From contig NC_068984.1 of assembly GCF_001194135.2 (NCBI RefSeq), positions 19,139,873 through 19,203,872 of the forward strand: DNA of 64,000 nucleotides, in the 5' to 3' direction. Position numbers and translations under genes: made by a program. The DNA comes from Octopus bimaculoides. Taxonomy: Eukaryota. Below are positions 38,039-53,443 of the stretch, piece after piece. Position 1 is the first letter of the stretch, and each line of letters begins with the position of its first letter. The notes under the pieces are model-generated. The model ran no database searches, had not been told where the DNA came from, and saw only the letters and a program-made list of their open reading frames with translations.

Positions 38039-40647
38039 CACACATCTGTATCTATAAATATATATATAAAACATTGCATTAAGCTTGCTCAGATTATATG
38101 TGCGCACACACACACACACACACACACATGTGTGTGTGTATGCATATAAAGAAAAGGAGAGAGAAAGCACTTATGAAAAAAGAATAAAAAAGGACGGGCT
38201 TATTCAGTGTGGCATAGAGATGTGTTATATGAGGGGGAAAAAAAAAACAACTACATATTCATTCGTTTATACACATACACAAATACATACATGCATACAC
38301 GTATGCATACGTATAGATAGAGAGATCAGTAGAGAGATAGCAAAGAAATGAAGGAATGCTAATCTATTAAAAGTATATATTGGCATCAAGGGTTCTATAA
38401 ATCCATAGAAATTTCACTATAAAAAACTTATGTAAGATAGATAGTGAAATTAAATAGGAAAAATTTTGTTGTTGTTTAACCCTCAGATCAACCATGATTG
38501 AGCAGATCTATGATGAAAGGGAATCTTACTATGACCTTTTAATTTTTTTTTTGTTTATCTAGGACTACATTATCTAATGTGTTCTTCTTTTCTTTTAAGA
38601 TAGCAGAGTGCAATCTGAGCAAAATTTTTGACTGCTATTTCTTGCAAACTGTTCCCAAACTTTTGTAACTCAGTGTCCTAGTACTGTGTTTTGAAAAAGA
38701 AAAGAAAAAAAAACCAAGGAAACAAATAGGTTATTTTAATGAGACAGAAGCTAATTTCGTACAGTGGTTTATTGTCATATTTTTAAAATATTATTTCCAT
38801 CCAGCTGTAGAAACTCTGCCAAATCAGATTGGAGCCTGGTGTAGCCATCGGGTTTCACCAGTCCTCAGTCAAATCGTCCAACCCATGCTAGCATGGAAAG
38901 CGGACGCTAAACGACGACGACGATGATGATGATGATGATGATTCCATCCAGCTTATGCTTTTTAGTCATCATCAGCATTTAACAACCATTTGTCATGCTG
39001 GTATGGATTGGATGGTTTGACTGGAGCTGGCAAACCAGAGGACAGTGCTAAGCTCTGTTGTCTGCTTTGGCACGGTTTCTACAGCTGGATGCCCTTCCTA
39101 ATGTCAACCACTGTATAAAGTGTACTGGGTAATTTTTATGTGGCATCAGCACAGATGAGGTCCACCAAGTAACTTGCAAGACAAAGACTCCCTCAACAGG
39201 AAGGGGGTGTGGCATTGAGGGAGGTGACTTTGTGCCAGGTGATGAGTGCTTAAACTATGATAGAGGGACAGAAACAGGTGTCTTTCTGTAGAGGAGATAT
39301 ATGGTTACCCCAGTTGGGGAGAGAGATAGTAGTGATGTGTCAGAGCATACCCTCAAGGGACAAGTAAAAGTAAAGGGGCAAGACCCCCTTCAGTCATGAA
39401 TGACCATGGGATTGCACCCAGAAAGTTTCCCTCCAAGGCACAAGTCCAGGCAAGGTTGTTTATAGAAGACCAGCAGTTGCCCATGCATACCAGCCTCCAC
39501 TCTCCATGCCACTGATGTTATCCAAGGGAAAGGCAAAGGATGATACAGCTTGGCACCAGCAATGCTGCAACTCATTTCTACAGCAGATGGAACTGGAGCA
39601 ACATGAAATAAAGTGTCTTGCTCAAGAACACAACACACAGCTCAGTCTGGGAATTGAACTCACTACCTCATGATTGTGAACCTGATGTTCTAACTACTGA
39701 CTATGTTTCTTGGTGAATATAAATGGAAAGGTACAGAGGATTGGCAGGGTGAGTGAGCATGGAGTTCATGAGAGTGCAAAGAGTGAGAGGGGAAGAGAAG
39801 GGGAATACTGTGAGTGTTAAGCACAGGCATAGAGGGAACCTTAAAGCAGTCATATTTCTCCACATTGATAACATTGTACATGCGTTATTGCACATCCATC
39901 GATTACATAACCTTTTATCATCTTTGCCATCCCATTGCCACTGCTAATCAATTCCAATGTTTCTCCATTGACTTTAATTTCTTATGTTAACTCTCTTTGT
40001 ACCCCTCTCTCTCTTTTACTCCTTCCCTCTACACGATGTGAAGTGTGGCTGGAGAAATTAACCAACAGACCAACCAACTAACCAACCAACCAACCAACAT
40101 ATATATAAGCTGTTATCATATAGAATGTGTGTGCATGTGTCTGTGCATGTGTGTATGCATACAGATAGAGATACAAACGCAAGCACATAATATTTAGGGT
40201 GAACAATAAAACACCATTATTATTTAAGGTCTTCGTTCCATCCTGACATGCGTAGGATGGTTCGCTAGGGAACCGGTGAGCTGCAGGGCTGTGTTAAGTT
40301 CTAATGTCATCTTTGACATGTTTTCTATGGCTGAATACTCTTTCATAATGCCAACCATTTTACAGAGTGCCCTGGGTGCATTCTTCATGCCACTGGCACT
40401 AGTGAGGTTGCCATGTAAGTTACAAAACAGAAGAAGAATGGAGAAAAAAGGAAATGGAAAAAAAAAGGCTCCTTCTACTAAAAGGAAGTATTTTGGAGGG
40501 CAACATTGAGGTGGGTGGCTGTATGCCAGGTGTTGAAAGGCTAAAGTATGATGGAGGGACAAGCAAAAGTATAGAGAAGTAAAAGAGAAAAGTAAATATA
40601 GATTCCACACATAGCAAAGTAAAAATTTATGAAGAGAGACGCGTTAT

Positions 40648-40705
<58 letters not shown>

Positions 40706-41678
40706 TTTTCAGATATTAAAATGCTATAGAAGGTGGTAGATAAATACGTAACATCTATGCTGATTACAAAGACTTAATATGTTTACAGCTATAGACATAT
40801 TATATACTTGAAGAGACATAGAAGTGGTAGTGGTAGTGGTAGCAGTAGTAGTAGTAGTAATAATAGTAGTAGTAGTAGTAGCAACAGTAGTAGTGATGTG
40901 GTGATAAATTCCCCAATTTTTTGTTTTTTATATTAATAGTAAATTATTATGACATTTAGTTGAAATTAATGCGGAATTTGAGAACTAACTGGAAAGAGTA
41001 ATCTAGAATATAAGTATATAAATGTGTTGAAGAAATGTGCAAGAATATAGGTACCATTCTGGGATATATTGCAGATTCAGAGAGTTAATTTAATAAGGTG
41101 ATAGTTAATACTAGTACATATTAAATTAAATACATTCAGATGCTTATACATGTACATATTACATGTATACATACATACATACTTGTATATATATATATAT
41201 ATATATNNNNNNNNNNNNNNNNNNNNNNNNNNNNNNNNNNNNNNNNNNNNNNNNNNNNNNNNNNNNNNNNNNNNNNNNNNNNNNNNNNNNNNNNNNNNNN
41301 NNNNNNNNNNNNNNNNNNNNNNNNNNNNNNNNNNNNNNNNNNNNNNNNNNNNNNNNNNNNNNNNNNNNNNNNNNNNNNNNNNNNNNNNNNNNNNNNNNNN
41401 NNNNNNNNNNNNNNNNNNNNNNNNNNNNNNNNNNNNNNNNNNNNNNNNNNNNNNNNNNNNNNNNNNNNNNNNNNNNNNNNNNNNNNNNNNNNNNNNNNNN
41501 NNNNNNNNNNNNNNNNNNNNNNNNNNNNNNNNNNNNNNNNNNNNNNNNNNNNNNNNNNNNNNNNNNNNNNNNNNNNNNNNNNNNNNNNNNNNNNNNNNNN
41601 NNNNNNNNNNNNNNNNNNNNNNNNNNNNNNNNNNNNNNNNNNNNNNNNNNNNNNNNNNNNNNNNNNNNNNNNNNNNNN

Positions 41679-41720
<42 letters not shown>

Positions 41721-44700
41721 TATATGCATATATGGGTTCAAGCATTTGAATGTATCAATTGTGTATTATAGCATTGATATTCAAAAATATTATGTTTAGT
41801 TATGTGAGATTATATATGTACATACATGCATACATACATATATGTATGATGCATGAAAGGTTGTTTTAGAGGAGTGACAGTTTTGCATGCTAAATAAAAA
41901 ACAAAATTTACGTGTCGGTGTCAGAAAGCTGTTCTTTCCTGTTGGGAGAAGGGCTAACTGAACTTGATCCAGAGACCGGTCCGAAAAAGAACTGAAGAAA
42001 GCAATATTAATAAAAGTTTGAAACATGACTGATAACAAAACACAAAACAAAGCAAAAATAATAAATAGGTAAAATTTAAAAGAAATATATAGTTGCATTA
42101 AACATTGGAATGAAAGCAAGAAAGAAAAAATATAGTGATAAAGAAAATTAAACATTAATTTATCATATTTAACAAATAAAGTTCATTGGTTGAGTATTCA
42201 TAATTAGTTATATCATTTAACATGTGATTGGCTGTTTTGAAGCTTTATTGGGAGTGAGTTGTGATATTTATAATACTTTTTTATGCAAGGGTATTTATTA
42301 ATATAAAAGGATGTGTAAAAGACACAACTTGGAATAATCTGAAACTGAGTCTGCAATTTAGTTTGCTAGGAGCTTACAGTATACACAACATAACTCACCA
42401 AAGCCCAAAACACAACAACAACAAGTTTAACAATATAAATATAAATCATGACATAAAGAAAACAATAAAATATACATAAATGTGTTGTTAAAGGAATCTG
42501 AAAAAAAAATGGAAAGTATTAAATTGTTCACTTCAGATTAAGAAAGACCTTAATACATAAATGATAAATAAATAAATAGCTAAGTTAAGATTAATAAAGA
42601 CCTTAATAAATAATCTACAACATGGTCAGCGACAAAAGATTATTATTATTATTATTATTAATATTATTATTATAATACTCAGTGATATGTAAAGTTGGTG
42701 TCAAAATCACTGTTGGAGGAGCTTTCTACAGGATCATTCTATGTAGTCCAAGATGGAAAAATCGACAGTTGAGTAACTTAGTATACCTACTTATACACAT
42801 ATGCATACATACATTTGGATTTACAAAAGGAGGAAAAAGAATGCACTCCATACAAATAGTAATGTAGGGATAATGTAAAAATCTATTTCTGAATAAACTG
42901 ATATTATCATCATCACCATATATATCTTATATTTGAAACTGAGATCTTTCTTTTCATTATTTCTCAGTTTTTTAAATTTCCAACTCAGATAGCTTATATA
43001 TATATATATATATATATNNNNNNNNNNACACGTAAGAAAGTACCAAAATCTGAGTAACACTGAAAGAAATTCTCATCTTTAAATGAAAACAAATAAACTA
43101 TGTTGTATTGAGCATTTTCTTCTTTCTAAGCCAAATGTAAGTGTGCATGTGTGTGTATATATATTATCATAAATATAGTCTCATAAGAACTAATGTTACC
43201 AAATAGTTTCATGCCGAAAACTCTTACAAAACTGGAGAGGTAAATCAACAATCATTGGCTCAGCCATGTTTGATGACTATTGATTTTCCTTTCCACTTTT
43301 GAAAAGTTTTTCACCATGAAACCATTCAGTAAAATAAATTGGCTGTTATGAGATTGTATTTACAACATTATAAATAATACACACATTCAGTTGCCAAGTA
43401 TGATTTTCTTAAATTATAAATTATTAATTATATAAAAAATATTAAAAATACAGAATGATATGAATATTTTGGAAGAAATTTTTGTACTGTGTTAAGCACT
43501 GTCACTGTTTACAGTTTTCCCAGTACATGTGTGTGCATTGTCAGATATAAGGACAAGCTAATGAGTAATCTCTCAGCAGTTAATATAGTCCATAACACCT
43601 TTGAGCAAACATCCTTGGAGCAAACAAAATGGAAATCATTGTGACAAAATGGTATAAGAGACTTTGTTTAAACCAACATTAACAAACTTCAGGGTGCAAG
43701 GCAAAGGAGAACAGCATCCGCAAAATATACTGCATGCACTGACCTATAATCCTCATATTTGCAACATCTGTGGGCTTTGAAAATCATTGGTGGGACTCGA
43801 ATGTTACAGTGAACATAAGCATTATGATTGACAAAGAAAGTGTAGGTTGTTGAATCCTCATACATCGAAACTGACAGGAGAGTCTATCATATATACACAC
43901 ACTTTACTGTTTTTAGGGAAAAAGGAAAACTTCAAGATACTATTTTTTTGAGTTAGATTGACCATTAGCTATCAGTTACTACATTTTTATGTTTACATAT
44001 ACACATTAATGAAGTAACAGCAGATGAAAAGTTTGTGAAATATGTGATAACTCTTAAATCATTCAGGTGTTTAAAATATTTCTTCTTAGCTTGTGAAAAT
44101 GAAATTAAGAAAATTTTCGCAGATACCACTTAAAATTTTTCCATCTGAAACTTATGTAAGCTTTTAAATTTCGAATAAACTCATTATAAATATACAGTCA
44201 TTATCTTGAATATGTAGAAATTAAAAAAATAAACAAAAATTATCCTTATAAAGTTTCCATAGCAGAAGAAAAATCTTCCTGCTGTACCTCTTTTATTTCT
44301 AAATTGGTAGATTATGACTGAAGCAATCTAAAATTTTAGAAGATTTGAATTTTGCATTTTAAAATATTTATTTATTAAGCCATGCTATATCAATGATGCA
44401 GCAATACATTATGTTAAACTTAATAAATATATAAAATAAGAATCATATATTTACATATGATTCATATATATGTTATATAATAACAGAATCTATAAATGAT
44501 TTAAGAAATCAGAAATAAGTAGAGATAAAATATTGGTCTTTTTGGTTGGTAGATTTAATCTGTCAACTAGTTTAAAACAATCACCTGGTTCTTGGGTGCT
44601 TTTAGTGCAGTCTAATATGTTGCAAATAACTAACTCTTTAGCATTCAGATTATTCTGTCAAATGCAATGCTTATTAATTCACATTGTCTTGAATGATGTG

Positions 44701-47700
44701 ATTGCTTATTTTTAGAATGACATTGTAGGGTTGGTGTGAGAGGCCAAATCTGGTTGGTATTGATCACAAAACAAGTAGAATATATAGGCCAGATACAGAT
44801 GGTTTAAATGCTAAAGGGTTAAATCAAGTCTTCAGTCCAAGAATATTTCTTTTCCTCCTCCTACCAATCTCAGAATCCCTAAAAAGCATTGTGGGTTCTA
44901 CCATTCCTCATATGACAAAGCCATTAAGATATATTAATCGAGAGTGGATTGATTAAATAGTGATCTGTCAGATGAGAAGTGGGTAGTTTCTATCCTGTCT
45001 ATTGTATTATATTGTCTCCATGGCTATAAGGTTGATACTTAAATCTTAATTGGCCTGGTCCACCTCGCTGTAATAAAACACTGGTGTATAGGAACAATTT
45101 CTTGTTTCAAGCAGTTGCAGCATCATAACTTATTTGGTGAGTGATTTTGTAAGATTACTGTAAAAAAAGTCTAATTCTTCCTGTAGGAGAAGCTGCCTGT
45201 AATATTCAAGAGAAATGAATCTTTCATCTAGGGCTAACGATTAAAAAACTAGAGATAAGTACCAAGTCATATGGATTATTGCTGTCTAGAAAGTAGTAGC
45301 CTTTTCAGATGGATATATACCTCTGTAAGATGGGTATTGGAAGAGTTAAATCTTTTGTCCAGTGATACAACATAATGCCAATATTTTGAATATGGCAGCA
45401 TCATCTGGGGACTACACTACATCAAGAACCAGATTCTTGTATAAATTACACAAGAGAAAGCTATTGATCTAGTGTAGCTTTACACAACTGGTTGCATGAA
45501 GCACTTGATTTGCCTTCAAAGCTTGACAGATAAAGAAAAGAAATATGATATATGCTTATAAAATATTGATGTAGAAAACTAAACCGCTTAGAACAATATC
45601 TCAGGATTCAGTCAGCTGTCAATGAAAAGTCATTCATACAAATTAAATGTTATTTAAGATGCGATAGTTGAAGATAGTTTGGTGGCAAACCTTCTTAAAT
45701 GGCATCAATGTAAATTGGAATCAATTACCAAGGGAGGTTGTTGAGTCAAAGACTATCTAGCAATTTAAGAACAGAATTCATAAATATTGGAAGAACCTTA
45801 GATGCTTTTCTAATGTATAAGAAGGGAAGATTATGAAAACATTGACTTTTACAAGTTGGTCTATCAGCCATAATAACTGCAAATTCAAGTGGAAAAGTAG
45901 TAAGAATCCATGAGGATTTGGATGGAAGCCCATCATTTTATTCACCTGATTTGAGAATTTCTTCAGCTTTGACTTGTCAGAAGGAGAACAAAGACGAATA
46001 AATAAAAATTGCAAAGTAAACCCTTTTGTTACTTCCATGTGATGCTTATTATAGCCAATGGTTTCTTATTCAGAAACTGAATTCAGGAAATTATAAAGTG
46101 GCATAAAACAACACAGAAATCAGTTAGTTCTAATATATGTATGTGTGTGTGTGTGTGTGTATGTGTGTGCTTGTGTATATATATTTGACTCCATTGCTAT
46201 CTGTATCTGGTATACATGTATGTGTATGTCATCATGACCAACAATACTTTAACATCTATTTTTCCATCTTTGTATAGGTTAGAAGGGTCAGTTGTACAAC
46301 TTACTGCCAATTGCATCAGAAATTGTAATCTTTCAATTAACTTGAGGTTAAATGCTCTCGTTAATAAATATGTTGATTATTTAATGATTTGGATTTAATG
46401 GATATTCAGAGTGGCAGTAGCAAATGGACATAAAAAATATGGGTGCACTCAAATGCATATATGCACAGATACAAAAATGTTCTCTCCATCATGGGGCATT
46501 TGCTTTTGCTTTGCAAGCAGCAAAGTGACCCAACAGTGCTGGTGCCACAGAAAGCATTTATTACACTCTGTAAGTAATTGATTCAAGCAGTAACAACACA
46601 AGGCTTGAGAGAGTTCTTTAGTCTTACTGATGGCAAGGAAACCTCTGTAGTGCAGGTGCAATGAAATGTATACAGTACTCTCATAAAGGCGTTGGTGTCA
46701 AAAGGGCCTACTGCAAGCCATTTAGCATATAGTCACAGTAGGTAATGTGACCTGCAGCAAGCCTTGTTCAGTATGCAGCATTGATAAGTCAAAACAATGA
46801 GGAAACATTCATGTTTGTCAGTCTGAGAAAAGACCTGATGTGAGTTGTCTTGATGGACTGTGACTTACTTTCAGGTGTTTTTCAGGTGCAAAGAAAATAT
46901 ATTCTCTTACACTTAAAAACAGCAGCCAACCCACAAACTAACACCACACATACCTTGTGTGTGTTAGCTGCTTCTAATTCATATTTGAATACATATATAT
47001 ATATATATTTACATGATGTTAAATGTATGTACAGTCATAGAGTGACTACGGTTTCCCATCCATAAAACGCTTAGCAACATATTTGTGTTTATATATATAT
47101 ATATNNNNNNNNNNNNNNNNNNNNNNNNNNNNNNNNNNNNNNNNNNNNNNNNNNNNNNNNNNNNNNNNNNNNNNNNNNNNNNNNGAACTCAGAGTCAGAA
47201 GTCTGAGTTTTAGTATGTTTAATCCATAACTGTGGGTCCAGCAAAATATAATTTGTTGGATTAAACAACGGTTCTGGATTAAATGTCTATGAAAATTAAA
47301 TTTTTGTCATTTGATTTAGGGGACTGGAATCTCAGCTGCAATCTTTTCTCTTTATTTTGTGAAAAATTTGTTTTTACCCAATGACGCCTAACCGCACTTA
47401 AAGGAAGGCCAAGATGGAGTTAGCAGGTATTATTATCAAGAATGCAGAACTAGCAAATCCAAACACCCAGCCTTTGATGGTACAACAGTGCTAATAGGAA
47501 TTCTAAAAAAAAAAAGAAAATTTTGTGTGTGCATGCATGCAGACGTGTTTGCGTTAATACTTTTGCATTGCCAAAGATCTGGTCTTTGAATTTGCTTGTA
47601 ATACATTCAGGCAATAAAGAATTTTAATTTCCTTCAGGATTTCCTTTGACTGTAGTTAGGTTTCAGAGGTTCTATGTTGGAATATTGAAGAATTCTTTGT

Positions 47701-48152
47701 AAATGTGCCGTGTCAACTATTTCATCCAAACAATAAAAATGTATGTGTGTTTCTATATGGCTGTTTCTGTCTATGCATGCATGAGTGTGTATGCATGTAT
47801 GTACTTTTCAGTATGTGTGTGTGACTGTGTATACACACATACACATTTGTACATACAGACATGCATTATATAAGAAGCCATCTATTTCCTTAGTCCTAGT
47901 AAATTTACAGCCCCAACTGAACTGCTCAGATATTAAATGTAGCATTTAATATATATAAATCTTTATCTTTTATCTTTTACTTGTTTCAGCGAATAGCCTG
48001 CAGCCATGCTGGGGCATCACCTTGAAGAATTTTAGGCAAAAGAATCAACCCTAGTACTTACTTTTTAAAGCCTGGGACCTATTCTGTCGGACACTTTTGC
48101 CAAACTTCTAACCAGCATCGGTTATCAAGTGGTGGTGGAGGACAAACACACG

Positions 48153-48194
<42 letters not shown>

Positions 48195-49374
48195 NNNNNN
48201 NNNNTGTGATGAGCTTCTTTCAGTTTCTGTCTACCAAATCACTCACAAGGATTTGGTCAGCTTGAGCCTATAGTAGAACACTTGCCCAAAGTGTCATGCA
48301 GTGGGACTCCCAGAACTATATGGTTGGGAAGCAAGTTTCTTACCACACAGCCACACTTGTATGTATGTATATATATATATATATATATATATACATACTC
48401 ATACACACATACACATATATGTAGGTGTGTACATGTGTGTGTGAGCCCACTGTATCATTGTTATTACAGCAATTATTATTTGGGCAATAGATTGGCTTAA
48501 TCACTAGCAAATTTCAAAACATACTTTGTAGTATGTCTTTCAGCTCTTTACATTCTAAGTTGAAATCCTGCTGAAGTCAACTTTGCCTTTCACCTTATTG
48601 TTTCAATATAGTACCAGTTAAATACTGGGGTTGATTATTCAATTAACCCTTCAAAATTGCTGCCCTTGTGCCTAAATTATAGGCTAATGGCATGAGGGAA
48701 AATGTCTTGCAACATTTGTTTCAACTCTTCAGATTCTGTGTTGAAATCCTATTGAAAACAACTTTGTCTTTCATCCCTTCAAAGTCAATAATATCAAGTA
48801 ACAATAAAGTACTGGATATAATGTTATCAACTAACACATCATCATTTAACAGCTCTCATCCATGGGTTGGATGGTTTGACAGAGTTGACAACCCTGTGGA
48901 TTGCACCAAACTCCTTACACCAAACTCCAATGTTTATTTTGGCATGGTCTTAATGCCAACCACTTCACAGGCCAATAAAATAAATACCAGCTGTATATTG
49001 GGGATCAATGTAATTGACTTACTCTCTTCCTTCAAAATTTCTGACCTTGTGTCAAAATCAGAAAGAATTATTATTATTACTATTATGCAATGAGAAGAGC
49101 GCAATACAATTTATAATAAATAGAGATGGATTCTGTTTATTGAATATTTTGACAGCATATCTGTTTTCCTTGAGTTCAAAATGAAAAATGAACCTGAGGA
49201 GGACAGACATACTGTTGAAATATTGTTCAATGCAATAAACACAGCCAACCTCTATTTATTATAACAACCTCTATTTATTATGCATCATATAACACTCTTC
49301 TTATTGTGTATTTACTTTCATGGAGAGTTATGTCAGTCTTCAAATAATCCTTCTCTTCCTCATCATCATCATCA

Positions 49375-49430
<56 letters not shown>

Positions 49431-50071
49431 TTTTATTTTTTAAAATTTTTATTAAGGCGGCAATCTGGCAGAATCATTAGCACGTTGGGCGAAATGCTTA
49501 GCAGTATTTCGTCTGCCATTAGGTTTTGAGTTCAAATTCCGCTGAGGTTGACCTTGCCTTTCATCCTTTTGGGGTCAATAAAATTAGTAACAGTTACATA
49601 CTGGGGTTGATGTAATCGACTTAATCCCTCCCCTCCAAATTTGAGGCCTTGTGCTTCCAGTAGAAAGGATTATTATTATTATCATCTTCAACAGTGTTGT
49701 GTTACTGAAGACTGGGTTTCAGGATTTGCTTAAGAAACATTCTCTCAATATGCCTTTCCTTTAATTGTAATTATTAGCAACAGAAACAGTATTAATACCG
49801 AGTGGTAATATCTATCCTCACTTAAACATGGATGTTCTATTAGAACAAACTATACTGCAGTAGTTACCATGAGAGAAACCCTCATATTGGTTTTTGGTGC
49901 AAATTGCACTCTTATTGATATGACTAGCAGGAAGATAAATCCCTGTCACATCCAGCACTGAAACAACCAGATCATGTGAGTTGGACCTTCTTTGGTCTTG
50001 TCAACTATGGTTAGGTATCATAGGATGAGATCACTTTTACATACAAGCAGCATCAGCTGTCTCTACTGTGT

Positions 50072-50117
<46 letters not shown>

Positions 50118-50650
50118 AACATGCACATATGATGAGTGTGTGTATGTAAATGTGTGTGTGTGCATTGATGACAAATTGATTCATTCCCACAATACTTAAA
50201 GCTTCATGGGTGTGGAAAGTAGCTACGTCCTCATATATACAGAGTCAGAGTGAAGAAAACTAAATAGAAATATTAAAATAGCTTCTAGGTGAGAATATTT
50301 GGTCTTCTGTAGTTTAATTCAGGTCACATGATTAATTTGGCTGAACAACATAGAAAACACTGCAAACACAAAATGCACAAAGTGTGATCTTTCAAAAAGC
50401 TTAGGAGCACCAGTAGCTTCAAAGAAGATTTGATTCAAATCACAGTGATTCATCCAACCCATGCTGGCACAGAAAGTGGAAGTAAAATGTAGATAGTAAG
50501 ACCTTGTAAAAGAGCTACTGGGTTCTGTACTTCATCCTCTGATTACATCATAGAAAAGATGTATAAAGCAATTTATGAATGAATGTGTGCATGTGAGTGT
50601 TATATGTACACAGACACACACACACACACACACACACATGCATATATATA

Positions 50651-50709
<59 letters not shown>

Positions 50710-53399
50710 AAATTTACATATACATTTGCACAAAGGCTAAAAATATTATTTACTAATACAAAACAATGAATTGTAAAGAAGGTTAACAAAAATTATTTTA
50801 AAAGAAATATATAGAAAAGTTATTTCCAATCCTTATTTCTAATGTTTCAAGTGCATAAAGTTTAAGAGTAAGACATGATTTAAATATCAGATAACAATGT
50901 TATTGAAAGAAGTGCAATTTAGAATTGAAAAAAACAAAACAAAACATAAAAATGTAAAGTAGATAATGAAATATTTTTCTTGATCCATAGATTCTGTTCT
51001 AAATTAGAAAGTTTTATAAAAAAAAAAACCCCAAAAAAAACCCCCCAAAACACTCTAGTAACTAAATGGGGAAAATATTCCGTTATTCAAGGAAACATGT
51101 TCTTACAAATTTATTTTTGAAAAAAGATATAATTCTAAAGAAATATCTTCAACTAATCACGAAAGAGAAAATATCACTTAGTTCCGTTGCAGAATTTCTT
51201 GTATGCCCACCCATCTTCCACCATCACTTTCACATTTAAAAAAAAAATTTATAATGTTTTGTTCTGCAATCTATTTTATTCTTTCAAAGATCTTGTCATA
51301 GGCAGCTGTCTTAAGAGGACTCTGACTGTAATTGAAAATTTCTATCAGAAAGCAACTTTATTTTGTTAGACGTTGGTAAGTTTGGAATTAAAATAACTTC
51401 TATAGAATTATTTCACATAGCGACTGCACCTATGTTTCATTTAACTTGGCCGTTGCCAGTACCGCCTGACTGGCCTTGTAGGGTTTTTGAGCGAGATCGT
51501 TGCCAGTGCCCCTGGACTGGCTCTTGTGCGGGTGGCACATAAAAGACACCATTTCGAGCGTGGCCGTTTTCGTGCGGGTGACACGTAAAAGCACCCACTA
51601 CACTCTCTGAGTGGTTGGCGTTAGGAAGGGCATCCAGCTGAAGAAACTCTGCCAAATTGGATTGGAGCCTGGTGCTGCCATCCGGTTTCACCAGTCCTCA
51701 GTCAAATCGTCCAACCCATGCTAGCATGGAAAGCGGACTTTAAACGATGATGATGATGATGATGAAATATTCTAATATATGCTGAGCAATTTTATTGCTT
51801 TTTTCATTTAAGTTTATAAAGATGTATATATGTATGTATTTGTATATAAAAGAACAGGACCCTAATTACACAAAAATTAATTATTTCATCTCATATTTCT
51901 TTAATGCTAACCCTCCTGATACTGTCCCTGTTTTTATGATACAAAATTCTTGTTTTAAAGTGATCTGAATTAAATCCTTGCACCAGAATTTAATATTAAT
52001 TTGTTTCAAACTTGAGCTTAATAATGAGAAAGTTATTTTACTAAATTCTCCATTATTTTCAAAATTAATTGAAACAAAATGATTAATGGAACTGTAAAAT
52101 ATTATGAAAGAATCTTGACATTGAAAATGTTAGTTTTCAAAAGATACTTAAACTCCCCTTACTGGTATACATGGCAGTAGATTCAAAATCATTACAGTGA
52201 GAATGAGTTTTGGAAATAACTCTGAATTTATTATTATGTAACAAGAAGTAGTTAGATTTTAACAAAAAGATATCTTGTATGAAAATAGAATAGATATTTG
52301 GTTTTAAGACAGATATCTTTAAGATAACTACATGTCTGTATTCAAACAGTACAAGATTTGGTTAAAATTTAATAAACAACTTTGGTCAAAACAAGCTGAG
52401 AATTTGTTTTTGATACTCTGCTCTATAAAGTAGGCTGCTTACCCTCTTATCATATTTCTGTTGAAATACACTGCTTTTCTTTTACCTTAGTTTAAAATTG
52501 ATGAAAAATCTAACAAAATAACTTTGTCTTTACGAACCAGGTATTTGGAATAAAAATTACTATGACATTTTTGTTGGAAGGTTTTAATTTAGATCACTTT
52601 AAAATAGAAAGTTTGTACCATAGAATCAGGAGAGATTCCAGGTGGGATGGTTTCAAAAGAGTTTTCTATGTATGGCCTATTTTTGAGATCAGGTTTTAGA
52701 AAAATCAGTGAGTTCTTACTGTTAAGCATAGCCTTTTTGTTTTGTTTTTCGCTACTTTGCAATTTATTTGATTTAATCAAATGGAATTAAATAGCTTCTT
52801 TAAGATCATTCTGCATAGTCACTACACCTATGTTTCATTCAATGTGCTTAAATGTTCCAATACTATTTTTTGTTCTAAGAACTTTTATATGTTTTTATTT
52901 TTCATTCAGGTTTATATAAAGATATGTGACAAAAACAGGATTCTAATAACACAAAAACTACTTATTTCAACTTTTATTTTCCCTTATACTACAAATTCAT
53001 TCACTTTTATAATGCAGATGATTTTAAGATCTGTGCTCAAACTGCATAAACTTTGGGTACAATTCATGAGACATTTTTGGTTAACACAAGCTAAGAAAAT
53101 TTTTTATATCTTAACAGTTTAGAATAGACATTTTTATGTCATTTGAGGAAGTTATAACATATAAATGTCATATTTTAGAGACCAAGTCTTGCATTTTGGT
53201 GTGCTCTTTCAGGCTGTCACAGTGTTTTTCTTTTTGTTTTTGTTGTATGTTATTACATTTGATTTAACCATTTGTTGCAGAGCATGTTTTACACAAATGC
53301 TGTAACCCATTTGAGTTCCATGTCGCTAGCTGAAAAGAAGTTCAGTGTGCAGATGGCATAATTCTATTGTTTAATCATTATTGAAGCTCTGGCTATCAT

Positions 53400-53443
<44 letters not shown>

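Noticed and set aside
31845-41799. Long ORFs such as 31845-32648, 37178-38170 and 41077-41799 (also 62594-63633)
   Set aside because: Artefacts of N gaps and YIYI/HTHT microsatellite translation.
42535-42613. 26-bp direct repeat; similar short duplication at 34895-35120
   Set aside because: AT-rich local duplications with no further structure.
42700-42760. Possible minus exon [19 protein letters not shown]
   Set aside because: In-frame stop before a weak donor (gtatta); no independent support.
52589-52780. 63-aa minus ORF inside the nesprin intron
   Set aside because: Overlaps a piggyBac-like repeat family and has no compatible splice sites.
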